This document shows positions 37,964 through 52,952 of a stretch of 64,000 nt of DNA, piece after piece. Under the pieces are notes generated by a model that made no database searches, was not told the DNA's origin, and saw nothing but the letters and a program-made list of their open reading frames with translations. Source of the DNA: Octopus vulgaris (lineage: Eukaryota); the NCBI GenBank assembly GCA_951406725.2, contig OX597815.1, forward strand, positions 18,042,001 through 18,106,000, given 5' to 3'. A program made the translations under genes and the position numbers. How positions within the stretch are numbered: position 1 is the stretch's first letter; each line of letters opens with the position of its first letter.

Positions 37964-38290
37964 TGAGAGAGAGGGAGAGAGAGAGAGAGAGAGAGAGAGA
38001 AAGAAAGAAAGAGAGAGAGAGAGAGAAAGAGAGAGGGAGAGAGAGAGAGAAAGAGAGAGAGAGAGAAAGAGAGAGAGAGATAGATAGATAGATAGATAGA
38101 GAAAGAGAAAGAGAAAGAGAGAGAGGGAGATATAGATAGATAGATAGAGAAAGAGAAAGAGAGAGAGAGGGAGAGAGAGAGAGAGAGAGAGGGAGAGATA
38201 GATAGATAGATAGATAGATAGAGAAAGAGAAAGAGAGAGAGAGAGGTAGAGATTGATAGATAGATAGAGAAAGAGAAAGAGAGAGAGAGA

Positions 38291-38321
<31 letters not shown>

Positions 38322-38322
38322 C
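37964..38322. repeat. (GA)n/(GATA)n compound microsatellite
   Basis: Direct reading. Confidence 0.97.
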
Positions 38323-38870
38323 AAGCAAGAGAAATGTGCTTTAAGAGATGACAGATGTTTTGTGTAAACCACACTGGCAGTCTATTAACAGCTAATGACG
38401 AACTTCGGCCAGAGCCTAAGAAGCTGGTAGATACGTTAGGAAATTTCAATTTACAGGTGATCGGAGTGGAAAGCAATTACAGTCTGTGTGAGTGAGTGCT
38501 CATATCTATTTTGTATTAAATTAAAGACATAAAAGCCAAAAAGAGAGAAAATTCTCTATTTATACGGGTGGCAATGGACATTTAAAAAAATTAAATTTTA
38601 GTAATACAGGTTGAATTGAATTTTTATTTTATTAAAAAAATATATGAACAACATTTTAAGATAGTTTTGGGAATTACTGCATATCTAAAAATCATGAGTC
38701 AGGTAAGCTTTGCTTCAGTTCTGTTGAATAGTTATTATATTATAATTATATCAGTGATATAATTATTAAATATTAGGTACCATACTTTGACAGAAACTCA
38801 GCAACGGAATTGGTTGTTTTGAAGGAAAAGGATACAGCTAGACCCTACTTTCTTCTCACGTAGCCGATTC

Positions 38871-38941
<71 letters not shown>

Positions 38942-39770
38942 AGTATTTTATCAACTGGGGAAGAAGAAAAAGCAAAATTCACTTCAGCAGGATTTGAACT
39001 CGGAATTCAAAGTGCCAGAAGAAAAAATATTTAAAGCATTTCTCTGGCACTAACGATTCTGTTGAAGAACTGCATTAAATATTAATCTAAACCATGAAAT
39101 TAAATTTGTCTAATTTATTTCTTACTTCAAGGGAAAAATAGAAATAGCCCCTAAAAATATAAAGACATGTCTACATCAAAGGAGGAAAGGTAGCACCCAC
39201 GATCCCATGTCCCTAGGGTCATGGAAATCGCCGGTAGCAAATGTAAACGGAATCACGATTCATTTTTAGACATGAAACCTGGCCTACCCAAAGCCTAAAA
39301 AATGGTGTTACATTGGTGAATCAATAAATTCATTAGAGCAGTATTTCTTCTAATCTCTGCACCACGGGTTCAAATGCTGCCGGTCAACGATGCCTCCTTT
39401 CAACCATTCGGGAGTCGATAAAAAATGGAGGATTGGTGGAATTATTAGATCGTCGGGCGAGATGCCTTGAGATATTTATTCCGGTTTTTAGATTCCTTTA
39501 GAAGGGTTCACTCAGTTGCACCAAGTTCTGTTTAGGGATCATCCCTTCTTTCTCTGCCTCAAATACCAGAAGTCTTAGGGTCATTGGTGTTGCTCGTCTT
39601 TCCCTGATTAAGCAATTATTAAATAAATAAATAAATAAATAAATAAGGGGAAATATATTAAGTCTATTTCTCAAAGGAGTCTATTTCTCAATATGTCACC
39701 ACGGAACGTTTCATATCTATGTCACTTTGTCAAGGACAATGTAGGTGGAAAGTAGTCATTTAACAAAATA

Positions 39771-40163
39771 CTAGCAGTAACGCCAGGCGTTGCTGGGGTT
39801 TGTTTCGACCCTTTAGAATTGGAATTTTTGAAAAGTAAAGATTTTGCATTATGTAGCTTGTCATTCTCTTTAAGTGAACATTTTTCTGGTTGAAATACAC
39901 CGAAAAATGGCGACAAAGCAGTCAAAAATCGTAAAAAATAGGGATTTTTATAGACAAAAAAGCACCTTTTTGATGTAAATAATTTTTGGTGTTAACATGG
40001 TCCGATTTGAATTTTTTTCTTCTACGGAAGTAGGAGCATGCTTTTTTCTATCATACTCTCAATTTTGGTCAACTTGCGCCGCAAGGTCTCGGAGGAAATA
40101 GTGTTAGTTGAAGGCTACCAAACCTGCCATACACAGACAACTTCAGCTTTATATATAGAGAGA
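39771..40163 (-). mobile_element. Short non-autonomous Helitron
   Basis: 5' TCTCTCTATATATAAAG, 3' hairpin CCAGCAACGCCTGG then CTAG; A|T target. Confidence 0.88.
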
Positions 40164-42540
40164 TTAGTCGCGACGAAGCACACAGGCACGAGGCATAAGA
40201 GAAACTGAATAACAGATTGCTGCTAATATAAAGGTCCTGGGACATTTGTAATGCGCTCGTTTAATATTTTTCCGTGCGGAGAAATAGAGTAAAACACTTC
40301 AAATGTGACTGTTGTAATTCGCAAAAATAAGATTTTAATAATTTACATACTGAAAAAAAATCCATACTGTGTAGAATGAAAATTGTATAATTGCAACTAT
40401 AATTGCCTTCTACCGTTCTCTTATTCATAATTTTATTCTTCGAAATGAAAGACAGCTTGTGGCTGCAACACAGTAAGGGAGGTAACTGAGAAATAAGCCT
40501 TTGTTAAGGGAGATAACTTACCTACGTAATATACAGCGGGGAAGAGTCCAACATTTTCTCCCCACTAATGGCAAAATATTTATAAGTCAGTAGAATATAC
40601 TAAATAGTTAAAAGAAAAAAACTATTTTCAATTATGAGATGTGGAGTGAAAGAAAATAATTAAGCTATCCAACGAAATGCTTTACAGTATTTAGTTTCTT
40701 AATGTGCTTTCTCAGACGTTAAACGTCTGAGGTCGATAAAACAAGCAACATATTATGGACCGAATTATTTTTTTTATTCCTTTTCTTCCAAATCCTCTGT
40801 TAGTGTACGAAATAATATTTTCTATGTACAGGTTAAGCCACTTAATATGATAAATTAAAAACATTTATTCTAAATTTCTTTAATGAAATACACAATATTC
40901 GATGTTATACCAAATATTTTATATCCGTTTCTTCCGTATAACAGCTAATAATCACCTTCCTAACACAGGAAATAATATATCTAAAGAAAACGAAACAAGA
41001 TTAGGACATTTCGGATAGTTAACATATTTTTTCTATATGTATCATATATTTTATGTTATAAAGAAATATTTATCTCATAAATAGAATTCGTTTTCATTTG
41101 TTTTCGAAAGGTTATAAATGACTTTTAATTGACTCTGAAGTATTAGTAGCTTTTAATTAATCATACTTTCGGAAAAACTATCTCACAAAAACAGAACAAA
41201 ACAACCACTTGAGGGTTTATATTCAAAGCATAAATTAACAAAAACCACCATTTCACCAAATCTCGTCGTAGCTAACGAACAGTGGATTACCTCCCTTACA
41301 TCTACTTTCAATGAAGATTATTAAGGATAAAAAAAAATTCCTCACAGACAGGCAGAGTTGAATTACACAAGGGAGAAACCAATAAAAGGAGCTCAAAGTT
41401 AAAAACCCAGCTATTTCATCGAATTATAAGAGTTTTTATGGATCCCACTACACATTTAAAAGCCAATATACAACGATCAGTGCAGAAGTAATCGAAACGA
41501 ACACAAGGGAGCCATTAATAATTATTTTAAAAAAATCTGCTATTTATCTGTTACTTCTAGATATTTAGAATGTTAACACTGGAAGACGATGGCTTAGATG
41601 TAGTAAATTATGTGGTAAATTTAAATGAGTAGATGCTCAATTCATTTTAAACCAAAGCACGAAACATATGAAGCCTATAATATAGTAGTAATAATCTGAT
41701 TTAACAATCCATCTGGTATATAAAGAGAGAAATGATAATTAAACCCAATGGGTGCATAATGAATATAAAGGATGGAAACAGAAGAATGGAAAGGCACAAC
41801 TATTAATTCGATTCAAATAGAAATAAAATAGATATTTATTCGCGGAGGCTCAAGGCCTAGTGGTTAGAATCTCAGACCGGGCGATGTGTTTGTTTATGAG
41901 TGAAACACTTAAGCTCCACGCAGCTCCGGCAGAAGGTAAAAGCGAACTTCTGCTGACTCTTTCGCTTGCATCTTGCAGCTCACCTGCGACGGACCGGCGT
42001 CCCGTCCAGGGTTGTGCTCCAGTATGGCTGTGTGTTGAAAGGAATTCCTAGAGGTTTGAATAATTCACCTTTGGAAACATGTGTGGTTCGTTCAACATCC
42101 TTAAACAATCCTTATTCAGGGACCTTTTGAGCGGGATGGGCTACTCGACCAGAAGAAAACCTAAGAAAACCGGGAAACCGGATCGTGAAGGAACAAACAA
42201 AATATTTATTCATTGCTGCCATTAAATTTGGTGATTATAATTTGTTTAATTCGGAATTATTTAAACGAATCAACCTTAAAAATCTAGTCGTTCATAGAAG
42301 TCGAAGGCTTTATAGTACTATTGTAATATAGGCATTTATCACAGTGTTCAGGAAAATGCAGGGCCTGTAATAAATGCCACTCCTGTTAAGAGGTGAATTC
42401 AGTACGCAAGTTTTGAGTTTGGAAAACAGAAGGGAATTAATTTGGTTCTCACATTCCAGAATATTGAAGAATTAAGAAAATAACGCTGCCTCTGGGAAAT
42501 GACGTCTGATAATAAACCTCTCTGTCTCCCTTTGTGTTGC

Positions 42541-42583
<43 letters not shown>

Positions 42584-43136
42584 GAGACATCAACTTATAG
42601 AAATTCAAGCTGAATATCAGTTCTATTGATCTCTGCAGTCTGGACAGGCCAGCAGAGGTCATTGGAATTACCCGAATTGCTCTGATTATATTATAATTAT
42701 TTCTAAAGTAATAATAATAATAATTATAAGAATAATGGGGATGAGAATGATGGTGATGATGATGATGAAACTTTTTTATTTCATTCGTTACCCAATGTTT
42801 TACAGAAAAGATTACAAATCAAACTGGGTGGGAGATGAATGTTCAGACAGTTAGATAAAAGAAATAAACTGGGATAGAAGTGATGCTGGGTGGGAGGGAG
42901 AAAATAAACCTGACGCCAAGGGCATATTTAAAACATTGGCAAATTACACACACACAAATAAGTGAGAAGAAAACAAAGGACCACTGATGCGGTCACAGGA
43001 GTGTGACGAAAGAACTCTGGCCGAAATAAGATTAAGATTAATGTAAAAAATAAATAACACTGAAGCAAAGTAACACCAAATATATAGTGCGTGTGTTTTT
43101 ATTGGCTAAACTGGCAAAATGACCATTCCGAAATAT

Positions 43137-43181
<45 letters not shown>

Positions 43182-43506
43182 CACAGGCGTGGTTGTGTGA
43201 CAGAAACTGAAAGAAGCTCGTCGTATATATAGGTATATATATATTTATGTGTGAGTGTTTTTTTTGTCTGTGTTTGTCTTCCACACCAACGTTTGACAAC
43301 CGACGTTGGTGTGTTTATGTCCTCGTAACTTAGCGGTTCGGACTAAAAAGACTGAGAGAATAAGTACTATGCTCACAAAGAATAAGTCCCGGGGTCTATT
43401 TCTGCGACTAAAACTCTTTAGAGTTGTGCTCCAGTATGACCGCAGTCAAATGACAGAAACACGTAAAAAAATAAAAGAATTAACAAACATATACATATAA
43501 GAGTAT

Positions 43507-44030
43507 AATCCTCGAGTATAATCCGCATTTCCCCCCCCCCCCCCAAATTTAAAGGTCAAAATCCCTAGTGTGTACTATATACGAGGTTAAAAATGAAAAA
43601 TATTTTCTAATCAATGTCCAAGTCTCTATTTGCTGTCGGGTAACGTTTGTTCAGATGCATTTTGTGATGTCGGGCGCGAAAATACCTTAAGCTAAGCCTG
43701 AAAGCAATGAAGTCATAAAAGAATCATCCATAACTTGCAATAAGCAATATTTATTAAAATAAAAGTATTCAGTACACAGAATAACATATAACAAAAACAA
43801 TTTGCAAACATATTTACATTCCCATATAACAGTTAAAAACATCACCATTATTGTATTACGCATGTGCGGAAGTGTTTGTTCGACTTGGTGTGGCTAGCTT
43901 AATTACGCACGACTCAAGTTAGAGAAGGGGTGCGTATTATACACAAGGTTTAGGTTTTTCAGAGGTACAGCTCCCTAAAAATCCCCTGCGTATTATACTC
44001 AAGGGCGGACTATATTTGAGGATTTACGGT
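43507..44030. mobile_element. Tc1/mariner-superfamily (pogo-like) non-autonomous element, left end damaged
   Basis: AATCCTCGAGTATAATCCGC versus GCGGACTATATTTGAGGATTTACGG|TA; internal GCGTATTATAC repeats. Confidence 0.7.
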
Positions 44031-44867
44031 AACCCACCCACATATTGGTGAGCAGCTGACACCTAGGTTACATCAGGGCACACAATGTCACCGACTGCTT
44101 TATACTATTGGTACTTGAAACTGTTCTGTAGGAATCAGTGAAAGTCTTTGGTGTCGGACTAGGCGAGAATTGTTCCAATCCCCTTTTGGTAGTCGCAGTC
44201 TATCAGTGTATACTTTGAAGATGTAGTTTTACCTTTACCCATAATTTTCCACCCATAATTTCCACAAAACCTGACTCTTATCTTCTCATTAATCAACACA
44301 CCGTTTTCTACTTTGAATGGTTGTTCATTCAGCTGAACCATAAATTCAGTAATTCGAAGAACCGCGAATTTCATGCAACCTCGAGAAAAGATGACCTCCA
44401 GGATTTTGCCTGTCCATGCGGATCCTACTCAACTACATGTCGTTGTCTGTCACTTCTGCCCTCACCACTTTCTCGCACTGTAATACAAACGTAGCGATAA
44501 GCGAAGAGTCAATGTGCCCGTAGCAAAACTATTGGCCGTCATCCTTTTTTCTGTCTCCTCATAGGCAACTGTACCAGCTTGTGATCGGATATGGGCTACA
44601 CCAGTTCAACATGTTGACTAGCATCATGTTCGATCTTAAAGACCAGATACACATCTCTATACAACCTGTCCCAGTCGATAGAGTAGACAGTGTGCCATAC
44701 ATGACCAACGCTTCATGTAGTTGCTCCTTCAAAGGCTAATGTGGACCTACTTTATTTTCGTAATAACAGAGATAAGCTAGTTTCCAAACTCAGCTTTTGT
44801 TGGAAGAATTCCTCGAGTAGGAAAGCTCTGTCTATTGTGATCAATTTATACCAATACCAGGCAGTGG

Positions 44868-45222
44868 CTGTCATGGCTGCTGATCTTAACTGATTGGAAG
44901 TGTTATCATGTAGATTGTTTTGTCTTGGTATAAAAGATGGGCTACAGCAATTATTCTGCTCAATACCACAGATTTGCTTGTCAGTTGTTTGACCTTAACC
45001 AGTTGAGCATGTCCCTTAGTGGCTGATGATATGTGCATCTCTGATTACGAGCAGAAGTAGTGGAGGAGCATCATAGCCGTCTGTTGAAAGGAATTCTTAG
45101 AGGTTTTGATATTCACATTTGGAAGCATGTGTGGTTCGTTCAACATCCTTAAACAATCCTTATTCAGGGACCTTTTGAGCGGGATTGGCTACTCGACCAG
45201 AAGAAAATTCTAACTGGACCCA
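44868..45222. mobile_element. Interspersed repeat family D
   Basis: Reverse complement of part of 47410-47874; fragment also at 42020-42165. Confidence 0.8.
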
Positions 45223-45229
45223 AGACGAA

Positions 45230-45424
45230 ATGCCACTAAGCATTTTGTCTGGCGTGCTAGCAATTCTACCAGCTTGCCGCCAATGATAATGATAATGGTT
45301 TCAAATTTCGGTACTAGGCCTGAAATTGTGGGGGAGGGGGTAAGTCGATTACATCGACTCCAGTATTCAAATGATACTTATTTCATCGATCCCGAAAGGA
45401 TGAAAAGCAAAGTCGACCTCGGTG

Positions 45425-45478
<54 letters not shown>

Positions 45479-46052
45479 CAATAATTTCTACTATAAGCAC
45501 AAGGCCTGAAATTTACTGCGTGGTGGGGATCAGTCGATTACATCGACCCCAGTACGCAACTGGTACTTATTTCATCAACCCGAAAGAATGAAAGTCAAAG
45601 TCGATTTCTGCGGAATCTGAACCCAGAATGTAAAGATGGACGAAATACCTATTTCTTTATTACCCACAAGAGGCTAAACATAGAGGGGAGAAACAAGGAC
45701 AGACAAAGGGATTAAGTCGATTATATCGACCTCAGTGCGTAACTGGTACTTATTTAATCGACCCTGTAAGGATGAAAGGCAAAGTCGACCTCGGCGGAAT
45801 TTGAACTCAGAACGTAGCGGCAGACGAAATACCTATATTTTTACTACCCACAAGGGGCTAAAAATAGAGAGGACAAACCAGGGCAGACAAAGGGATTAAG
45901 TCGATTATATCGACACCAGTGCATAACTGGTACTTAATGTATCGACCCCGAAAGGATGAAAGGCAAAGTCGACCTCGGCGGAATTTGAACTCAGAACGTA
46001 ACGGCAGACGAAATACGGCTACGTATTTCATCCGGCGTGCTAATGATTTTGC
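45230..46052 (-). mobile_element. SINE B cluster including a dimer (45648-46052)
   Basis: Repeated core; GAAATAC|CTAT junctions. Confidence 0.85.
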
Positions 46053-46083
46053 AAATCACAACAATACACCTGCATGCGCACGC

Positions 46084-46126
<43 letters not shown>

Positions 46127-47288
46127 TAAGCGTTTAAGTGTTTTGTTAAATGACGCGGTCACTGCAATGCCCGTGGCGAGGACACTTAACTCTATACTGG
46201 CGGCGGCACACCTCTCTTCCCTCAGGCAAATCTTGTGTGGTGCTATACAGTAATACCTTGCCAGTCTCCAGTCTTAAAAATAACCTTCTAGAGACGACAG
46301 GTCATCTTGATAAATAAAACTGTACATTGTAAAACCCTCATAGACATAAAAATTTAGTTAAATAATGTTGTTACTGAAACCATAAAATGTTCTGCTGAAA
46401 TTATTCTAGGTTACAGTCTAGTTTCAGTCGGGAGACGTCTATTATACGTGTTTTTATGGTTATATTACTTGAATAAAAGCACTATAGAAATAGAGAGTTT
46501 GCAAAGATCAAACAAGCAGGTAGGACTCTAAACAACCGTGAACAATTATGAACATTAAACGTCTATTCATAAAGCCGATGAGGGAGCCTGTATATGGTCA
46601 GTTCATCTGCTAGTAATAACAGTCAAAGACTTCTTAAAAAACAGCGAAGGGATATATACTGGATAGTTTAATCTGGAATCAACTGTGTCTGACAAAAAAA
46701 CCCAAAAAAAAAAAACGATATCGGCGGCCTTGTTGGAATGCTTTTAATTAGAGATCTGTTCAGTCAGGACGGACGTGGAATAAAAAAAACAAAAAAAAAA
46801 AACAGAAATGTAAACAACGGTAAGTATCTCTCTTAATAATATAATCAAAGGTTATATTTGGACAAACGTTAAATATAATATACATTGACCAGGAAGTATC
46901 TATTAAATCAGAAACGTCCTGGAACATTTCCAGCCGACGTCTATATGAGGTCACTGAAGGTCTGATAAGTATGTATGTATGTATGTATATACGTATGTAT
47001 GTATGTATGTATGTATGTATGTATGTATGTATGTATGTATGTATGTATGTATGTATGTATGTATGTATGTGTGTGTGTATGTATGTAGGTAAGTATGTAT
47101 CAATCAATCAATCAATCTATGTATCTGTCCATCTATCGATATGTATCTGTGTACATATAATTATATATACATACATACAAAAATACATATACACGCACAT
47201 GACTATATATAGATGCAGCATTTATATATATAAGCATGCATGTATAATTACATATATAAAAGAAAAACACTTTATACTATTATTATCA

Positions 47289-47343
<55 letters not shown>

Positions 47344-47409
47344 CATTACTATTATTATTATCATTACTATTATTATTATTAATATTATTATTATTGTTAT
47401 TATTATTAT

Positions 47410-47874
47410 TGAGTGAGAGAGCAGTTCATGCCATCAAAGTGACACTGGGGTAAAATATACGAAGCCCAATATACCCATCATGACTACCCGTCTGATAAGG
47501 GTACACCAGGCACATGCATCACAACCATATGTGCGCGACATGGTGATTTCATATCAAGATAAAGAGCACATGACCTTGCAGGTGGGGCCCAGTTAGAATT
47601 TTCTTCAGGTTGAGTAGCCCATCCCGCTCAAACGGTCCCTGAATAAGGGTTGTTTAAGGATGTTGAAAAAACCACCCATGTTTCCAGAGGTGAATTATTC
47701 AAACCCCAAAGAATCCCTCTCAACACATGGCTATGATGCTCCCCCACTACTTCTGCTCATGATCAGAGATGCACATATCGTCAGCCACTAAGGGACATGC
47801 TCCACTGGTTAAGGTCAAACAACTGACAAGCAAATCTGTGGTATTGAGCAGAATATTTGCTGTAGCCCATCTTT
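47410..47874. mobile_element. Family D element between two (TTA)n runs
   Basis: Flanked by (TTA)n at 47276-47410 and 47876-48112. Confidence 0.8.
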
Positions 47875-47892
47875 TAATTATTATTATTATTA

Positions 47893-47923
<31 letters not shown>

Positions 47924-47959
47924 CATTATTATTATTATTATTATCAATATTATTATCAA

Positions 47960-48004
<45 letters not shown>

Positions 48005-48602
48005 CAATATTATTATTATTATTATCAATATTATTATTATTATTATTATTATTATTATCAATATTATTATTATTATTATTAATATTATTATTATTATTAT
48101 TATTATTATTTTATATTGTATGCATCAAACCGGTGCTATTCATCAACAGAAACATGACAGCTTCACTGAACATCTGACCGTATAATGAATGGGTGGTGAT
48201 GATGCGATGGTGCAACGCTCGCTGAGTAACACTTGATGGACTTATATAACCGTAACTGGCAAATCTTCCCCCAGTTTTGATGGACGTAATTGGCAAACAT
48301 TGGTTAAATCGACGCAGAAATCCGAACTTAGCGAGGCGTGGACAAAGTTAAGTCTGCCTTAACGGGGGTCAACAATATTAGTACAACAGAACCAGTTTTT
48401 GATGAAGCGTTGCGATCAGTGATTTACAATGTCGTCTAGTGTTAAGGGTGGAGCAGTGTCTGGAGTTGAGTAGGCTGTAATATAATGGTACTGGAAGTTG
48501 TTTTAAAGGATTCAGCTTTATATATATGGAACATGCAATTACTTATAAGTATAAAATCATTGATTTATATGAGGATATATATATATTTAGTACAAGAATT
48601 TG

Positions 48603-48883
48603 AAGGCGGCGAGCTGGCAGAAACGTTAGCGCGCTGGGTAAAATGGTTAGCGGTATTTCGTCTGCCATTACGTTTCTGAGTTCAAATTCCGCCGAGGTCG
48701 ACTATGCCTTTCATCCTTTCGGGGTCGATAAATAAAGTACCAGTTACGCACTGGGATCGATGTAATCGACTGAAACCCTTTTTCTGTCCTTGTTTGTCTC
48801 TTCTATGTTTAGCCCCTTGTGGGTAATAAAGAAATAGGTATTTCGTTTGCCGTTACGTTTCTGAGTTCAAATTCCGCCGAGGT
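48603..48883 (+). mobile_element. SINE B with a partial second body
   Basis: GAAATAG|GTATTTCGT junction near 48838. Confidence 0.9.
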
Positions 48884-49027
48884 TATAAAAACCTGATTAG
48901 ACACGTGTCTTCATAGCAAGAAACTATTAATAGCTCGTATCTTTATACTGTGTACATTAAACGATATTTATCTCTCACTGGATGGAGTGCCATTTTTTGT
49001 TGATCTTACCTTAACGGAACAGTAAAC

Positions 49028-49075
<48 letters not shown>

Positions 49076-51327
49076 CAGGTGCAATTAAAATTTGTGAACC
49101 GTAACGGTTTTATATATTTTCAATGAAGCTAAGTTAGAAAAGGTTTACCTATCGGTATTAAGATAGAGAAGTGGAAAACAAAATTGGAATTGAGGAGAAA
49201 CAAAATGATAATGATAAAAAGAAAATGAAAAGCGAGAATAGTGAAAACTTACTGATTCAAGCAAAAAGGTGAGAAAAGATCCGGTGAAGTTTTGATTCGA
49301 ACTGACTGGGTAAAGTTTTAGACTGGAAAATCACAAAACCTCATCGGTATTAAGGCTCCAGAATACCGGGCGAAGTTTTGTCGTGACAAATATTCACATG
49401 ATCAATTTTCCTTTAGCACATAAAATAATTAATGATGTTATCATGTATTTTCTTTTTTCTTATGTAGATTCTTAAATCTTGTTAGGCCGAGGGACCAAGA
49501 ACGTTCGGCAGGAACTACACGCAGAGTGGCTTTGAGACTTGTAAGAATGGTTTTAAATTTTGACGCAATATCAACAGTTTTAATGGAAGGTAGTAAGTCG
49601 ATCACATCGACCCCAGTGCTTAACTGGTACTTATTTTATCGACTTCGAAAGAATGAAGCGCAAAGTCGACCTCGGTGGAATTTGAACTCAAAACGTACCG
49701 AAGTAGAAGATTTTTGACTATTAACAATCCTTTCTGCTATAAGCACAAGGCCAGAATTTTTCGGGAAAAGGGCTTGTCAATTACATTAATTCAAGTGCTC
49801 AATTGGTACTTATTTTATCGATCCCAAAAGGATAAAAGCAAAGTTGGCTTCTGCTGATTTTGAACTCAGAACGTAAAGAGGCATAATATTTTGATTAGTA
49901 ATAATAATTATTTATGTGTAAGAAGACATCATTTTAAGTTGTTGGTACAATTTATTTTGTCGACCCGTGAGAGATGAAAGACAGTCGATTCTAGTCGAAT
50001 TTGATCTCACTGTTTCACAGAACGGAATATTGATTTCAAATTTTGGCATTTTCGGTAGAAGGGATAAGTTAATTACATCAATCTCAGTGTTCAACTGGTA
50101 CTTACTTTATCGACCCCGAAAGAATGAAAGGCAAAGTCGACTCCTGCGATATTTGAACTCAGAACGTAAAGTGCTAACAATTCTGCCAACTAGCTGTCCT
50201 CACAGAACAGAATATTTATGACCTAAACTGGAATATTATATCATGCCCACCGCGAAGATAAATAATCAAAAAACCGCCTTATACCTCAAGAGAAGAATAT
50301 TATGTAGAAGAAAATAGTATTGAAATATATTAGTGGTAGCATAAACTGTATTTGCAGTCCTACTTGTAAGACATGCATCCACACTCCCAAATGATAAACT
50401 GACAGCTGCCATTCTATAGATATTCCTGAAGAATATACTATTTATAATTCTTTAGGATACACTATGCTTTTTAGTGAGCTCTTTCTTCAGGCATTCTATT
50501 TGAAACCTGTCTGAGCACATTTGAAATAAATAAACCTTATTATGGCAGGTAGGGTTTTGCTGGACGTAGTGGAAGTACAATGGTGAAGAAAAGATTTAGA
50601 GAAACATCAAAGCGCTTCGGAAAGAATGTACTGCAATAAAAATATGTAATATTTTTTGTAAATTAAAATAGTTTTTTTGCTTATATTTTTAACCATTTCC
50701 TGCTACACAGTACATCAATCCATCTATGCCCACCATGTTTTACAGTTTTATGAGGCGATTTTTGTAGTAAGCTAAATGGAAAGCTTACTACATCCAACAC
50801 TCCTTTGTTCCTTGGATGTTCCTTACAGCGTAGCCTTGTCCAATGCTTCTTCAAATTAAAACGATTTCTAAAAAAATCGTTAAACCCTTACCTCTAATTC
50901 ACGGAGAAACCCGATATTGTAAACAAGACATTGAATTAGCTAAAATTGTTTTAAAGAGAGAATTATTATTAATATGAAAAAAAAAAGTAAAAAACAACAG
51001 GCCAACAAACAAGCAAACAAAGGCATATTACTCTGAACGAGGGAAAAAATCACCAAAGACATACGCGGTGTCCCCTAGAGGAGTTAATACAAGGGAGATA
51101 ATTTATTCATAATATTTGGTGGGATTAAACGTTTGAATTTGAAATTAAGGAATAAACAGAAAAATGTATACAATACACATTGTTTTTTTTTATTTGTTGT
51201 TTCCTTATTACGAAGTCCCTTTTCCTTATGGAACCCCAGAGCTTTTTCACAGAATCCAAGGATTCCTCGGAACATATTTTGAGTAGCATTGATATAGTCG
51301 ATTCTGTGAAAACATAAGAACCAGAGC

Positions 51328-51754
51328 GGATCTTTTCGGTTTGAACGGCAGTTTTTTCTAGCGGTGTCATATGAAATTGTCAACCATAATTATGACCCTA
51401 GTATCGATCTATTGCATGTCAATCTATTTTAGGGTTAGGGTTAGTTAGGGTTAGGGGTGGGGGAAGGGTATATTTTTTCTTCAGAAATGTAAATAAACCC
51501 AATCTGTTTCTTAAACGAGGGACATTTTCATACAGTACAGAATGTTTTCAACTCAATAGACGTCATTGATTGGTTGAAATTGCAGAAATTGAAGAAAAAA
51601 CAACAACAAATATCTTACAAACTACAGAATTTTCTCAATAAAGCCAAGAGAAAATGATGTTTTATAAACACATTCTACCAGTATATGAAGTTTAAAAGTG
51701 TTTAGTTACGTGGAAATTATTTAAAAAAAACTGCCGTTCAAACCGAAAAGATCC
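51328..51754. mobile_element. Same 8-bp-TSD MITE, copy 3
   Basis: Intact TIRs; perfect TSD ACCAGAGC. Confidence 0.95.
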
Positions 51755-52731
51755 ACCAGAGCTAGCAATTGACTGGCTTTTTATTTATCAATACCGGAGA
51801 GGTAGAAATTTCATGTCGAACTCGGTGGATTTGAACTTTGGAAACAAAAATCTTGGAATAATTACGGAAAGGCGTTTGCTCGACGTTTTATTGATTCTGC
51901 TAATCGATTGCATATTGAGTTTATTGACTTTCTTTTATTTCACACATGGTGTTCAACATATCGTGAAGTCGTCATCAAGGTTCTTAAAGTTGTGTCAGTG
52001 GAGGGAGTGGTAGCGATGGCGTGCGGGACGAGTGTTAAGCGACTGTTCTAGCCGTGAGTGTTACCACGTTGGTGCAGGTGTGCAAGTTGTGAATGTGGTG
52101 GAACTGTGTGTTTTGTAAATGAGTGTGTCTGTGTGTCACTTGTGAAGATAGCGGAACTGTGAAAGTATTGGAGGATGTGAGGTGGTGATGGAGCGGAGGT
52201 ATGTGAATTATTACAGTTCTTAGTCTTTGACTGTAAATAAGGTGTTGAATTATTTGCAATATATAACAGTAAGGTTAGTATGATAACTGTTGTATTTTTA
52301 TATGATGTATTACTGTTTTGTGTTTGGTGGGTACGAATGAAGAAAAGGATTTAGTAATGCGAAGAGAAAAATAAATAAAAAATACAATAAAACAATTGAG
52401 AAATACAGTGTTAAGTCTGGGGACTGAGTGATGAGACGCAGGAGATATATAAGAGGAAGGAAAAAAATCGGTGAAGTATAAGCACCAGCAAAGTTTCAGA
52501 GATGAAAAGAGGGGTGTTATAGATAAAGCGGAATAGCAGAATTAGCTGATGTGATACGTGGAGAGAAGAGAAGAGAAGAAAAAAAAAGAAGAAGAAGAAG
52601 AAGAGAGAGAGAGAGAATTGGAAAGATAGATAGATAGACAGATAGATAGATAAACCTGGGATGTTCTGTGCAGGCAAGTTTCAGTGACACATATATATAT
52701 GTATATAAATATGTATGTGTGTGTGTGTGTG

Positions 52732-52952
52732 TGAAGGGGTGCTGAAAAGTTCCTGGCTTTAAGGATATCGCGAAAGGCCTGGCTGGTGATCCAACCTTCC
52801 AAGTTCGTTTTACAAGGCTTAGGAAAAACTGAAGGGCTGCTGCAATAAGTATGTGAATCTGAGAGGGGAATATGTTGAATAAAATCCTAATTATCTGACC
52901 TACTTGTATTTTCTCTTATTCAAAGCCAGGAACTTTTTAGCACCTCCTCGTA
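52732..52952. mobile_element. Mariner-type MITE
   Basis: TIR GGTGCTGAAAAGTTCCTGGCTTT / AAAGCCAGGAACTTTTTAGCACC; ends CTCG|TA. Confidence 0.85.

Noticed and set aside
51960-52330. Possible Penelope or LINE coding relic on the minus strand
   Set aside because: Only a vague resemblance (SSNTF..TCTNVV); too weak to call
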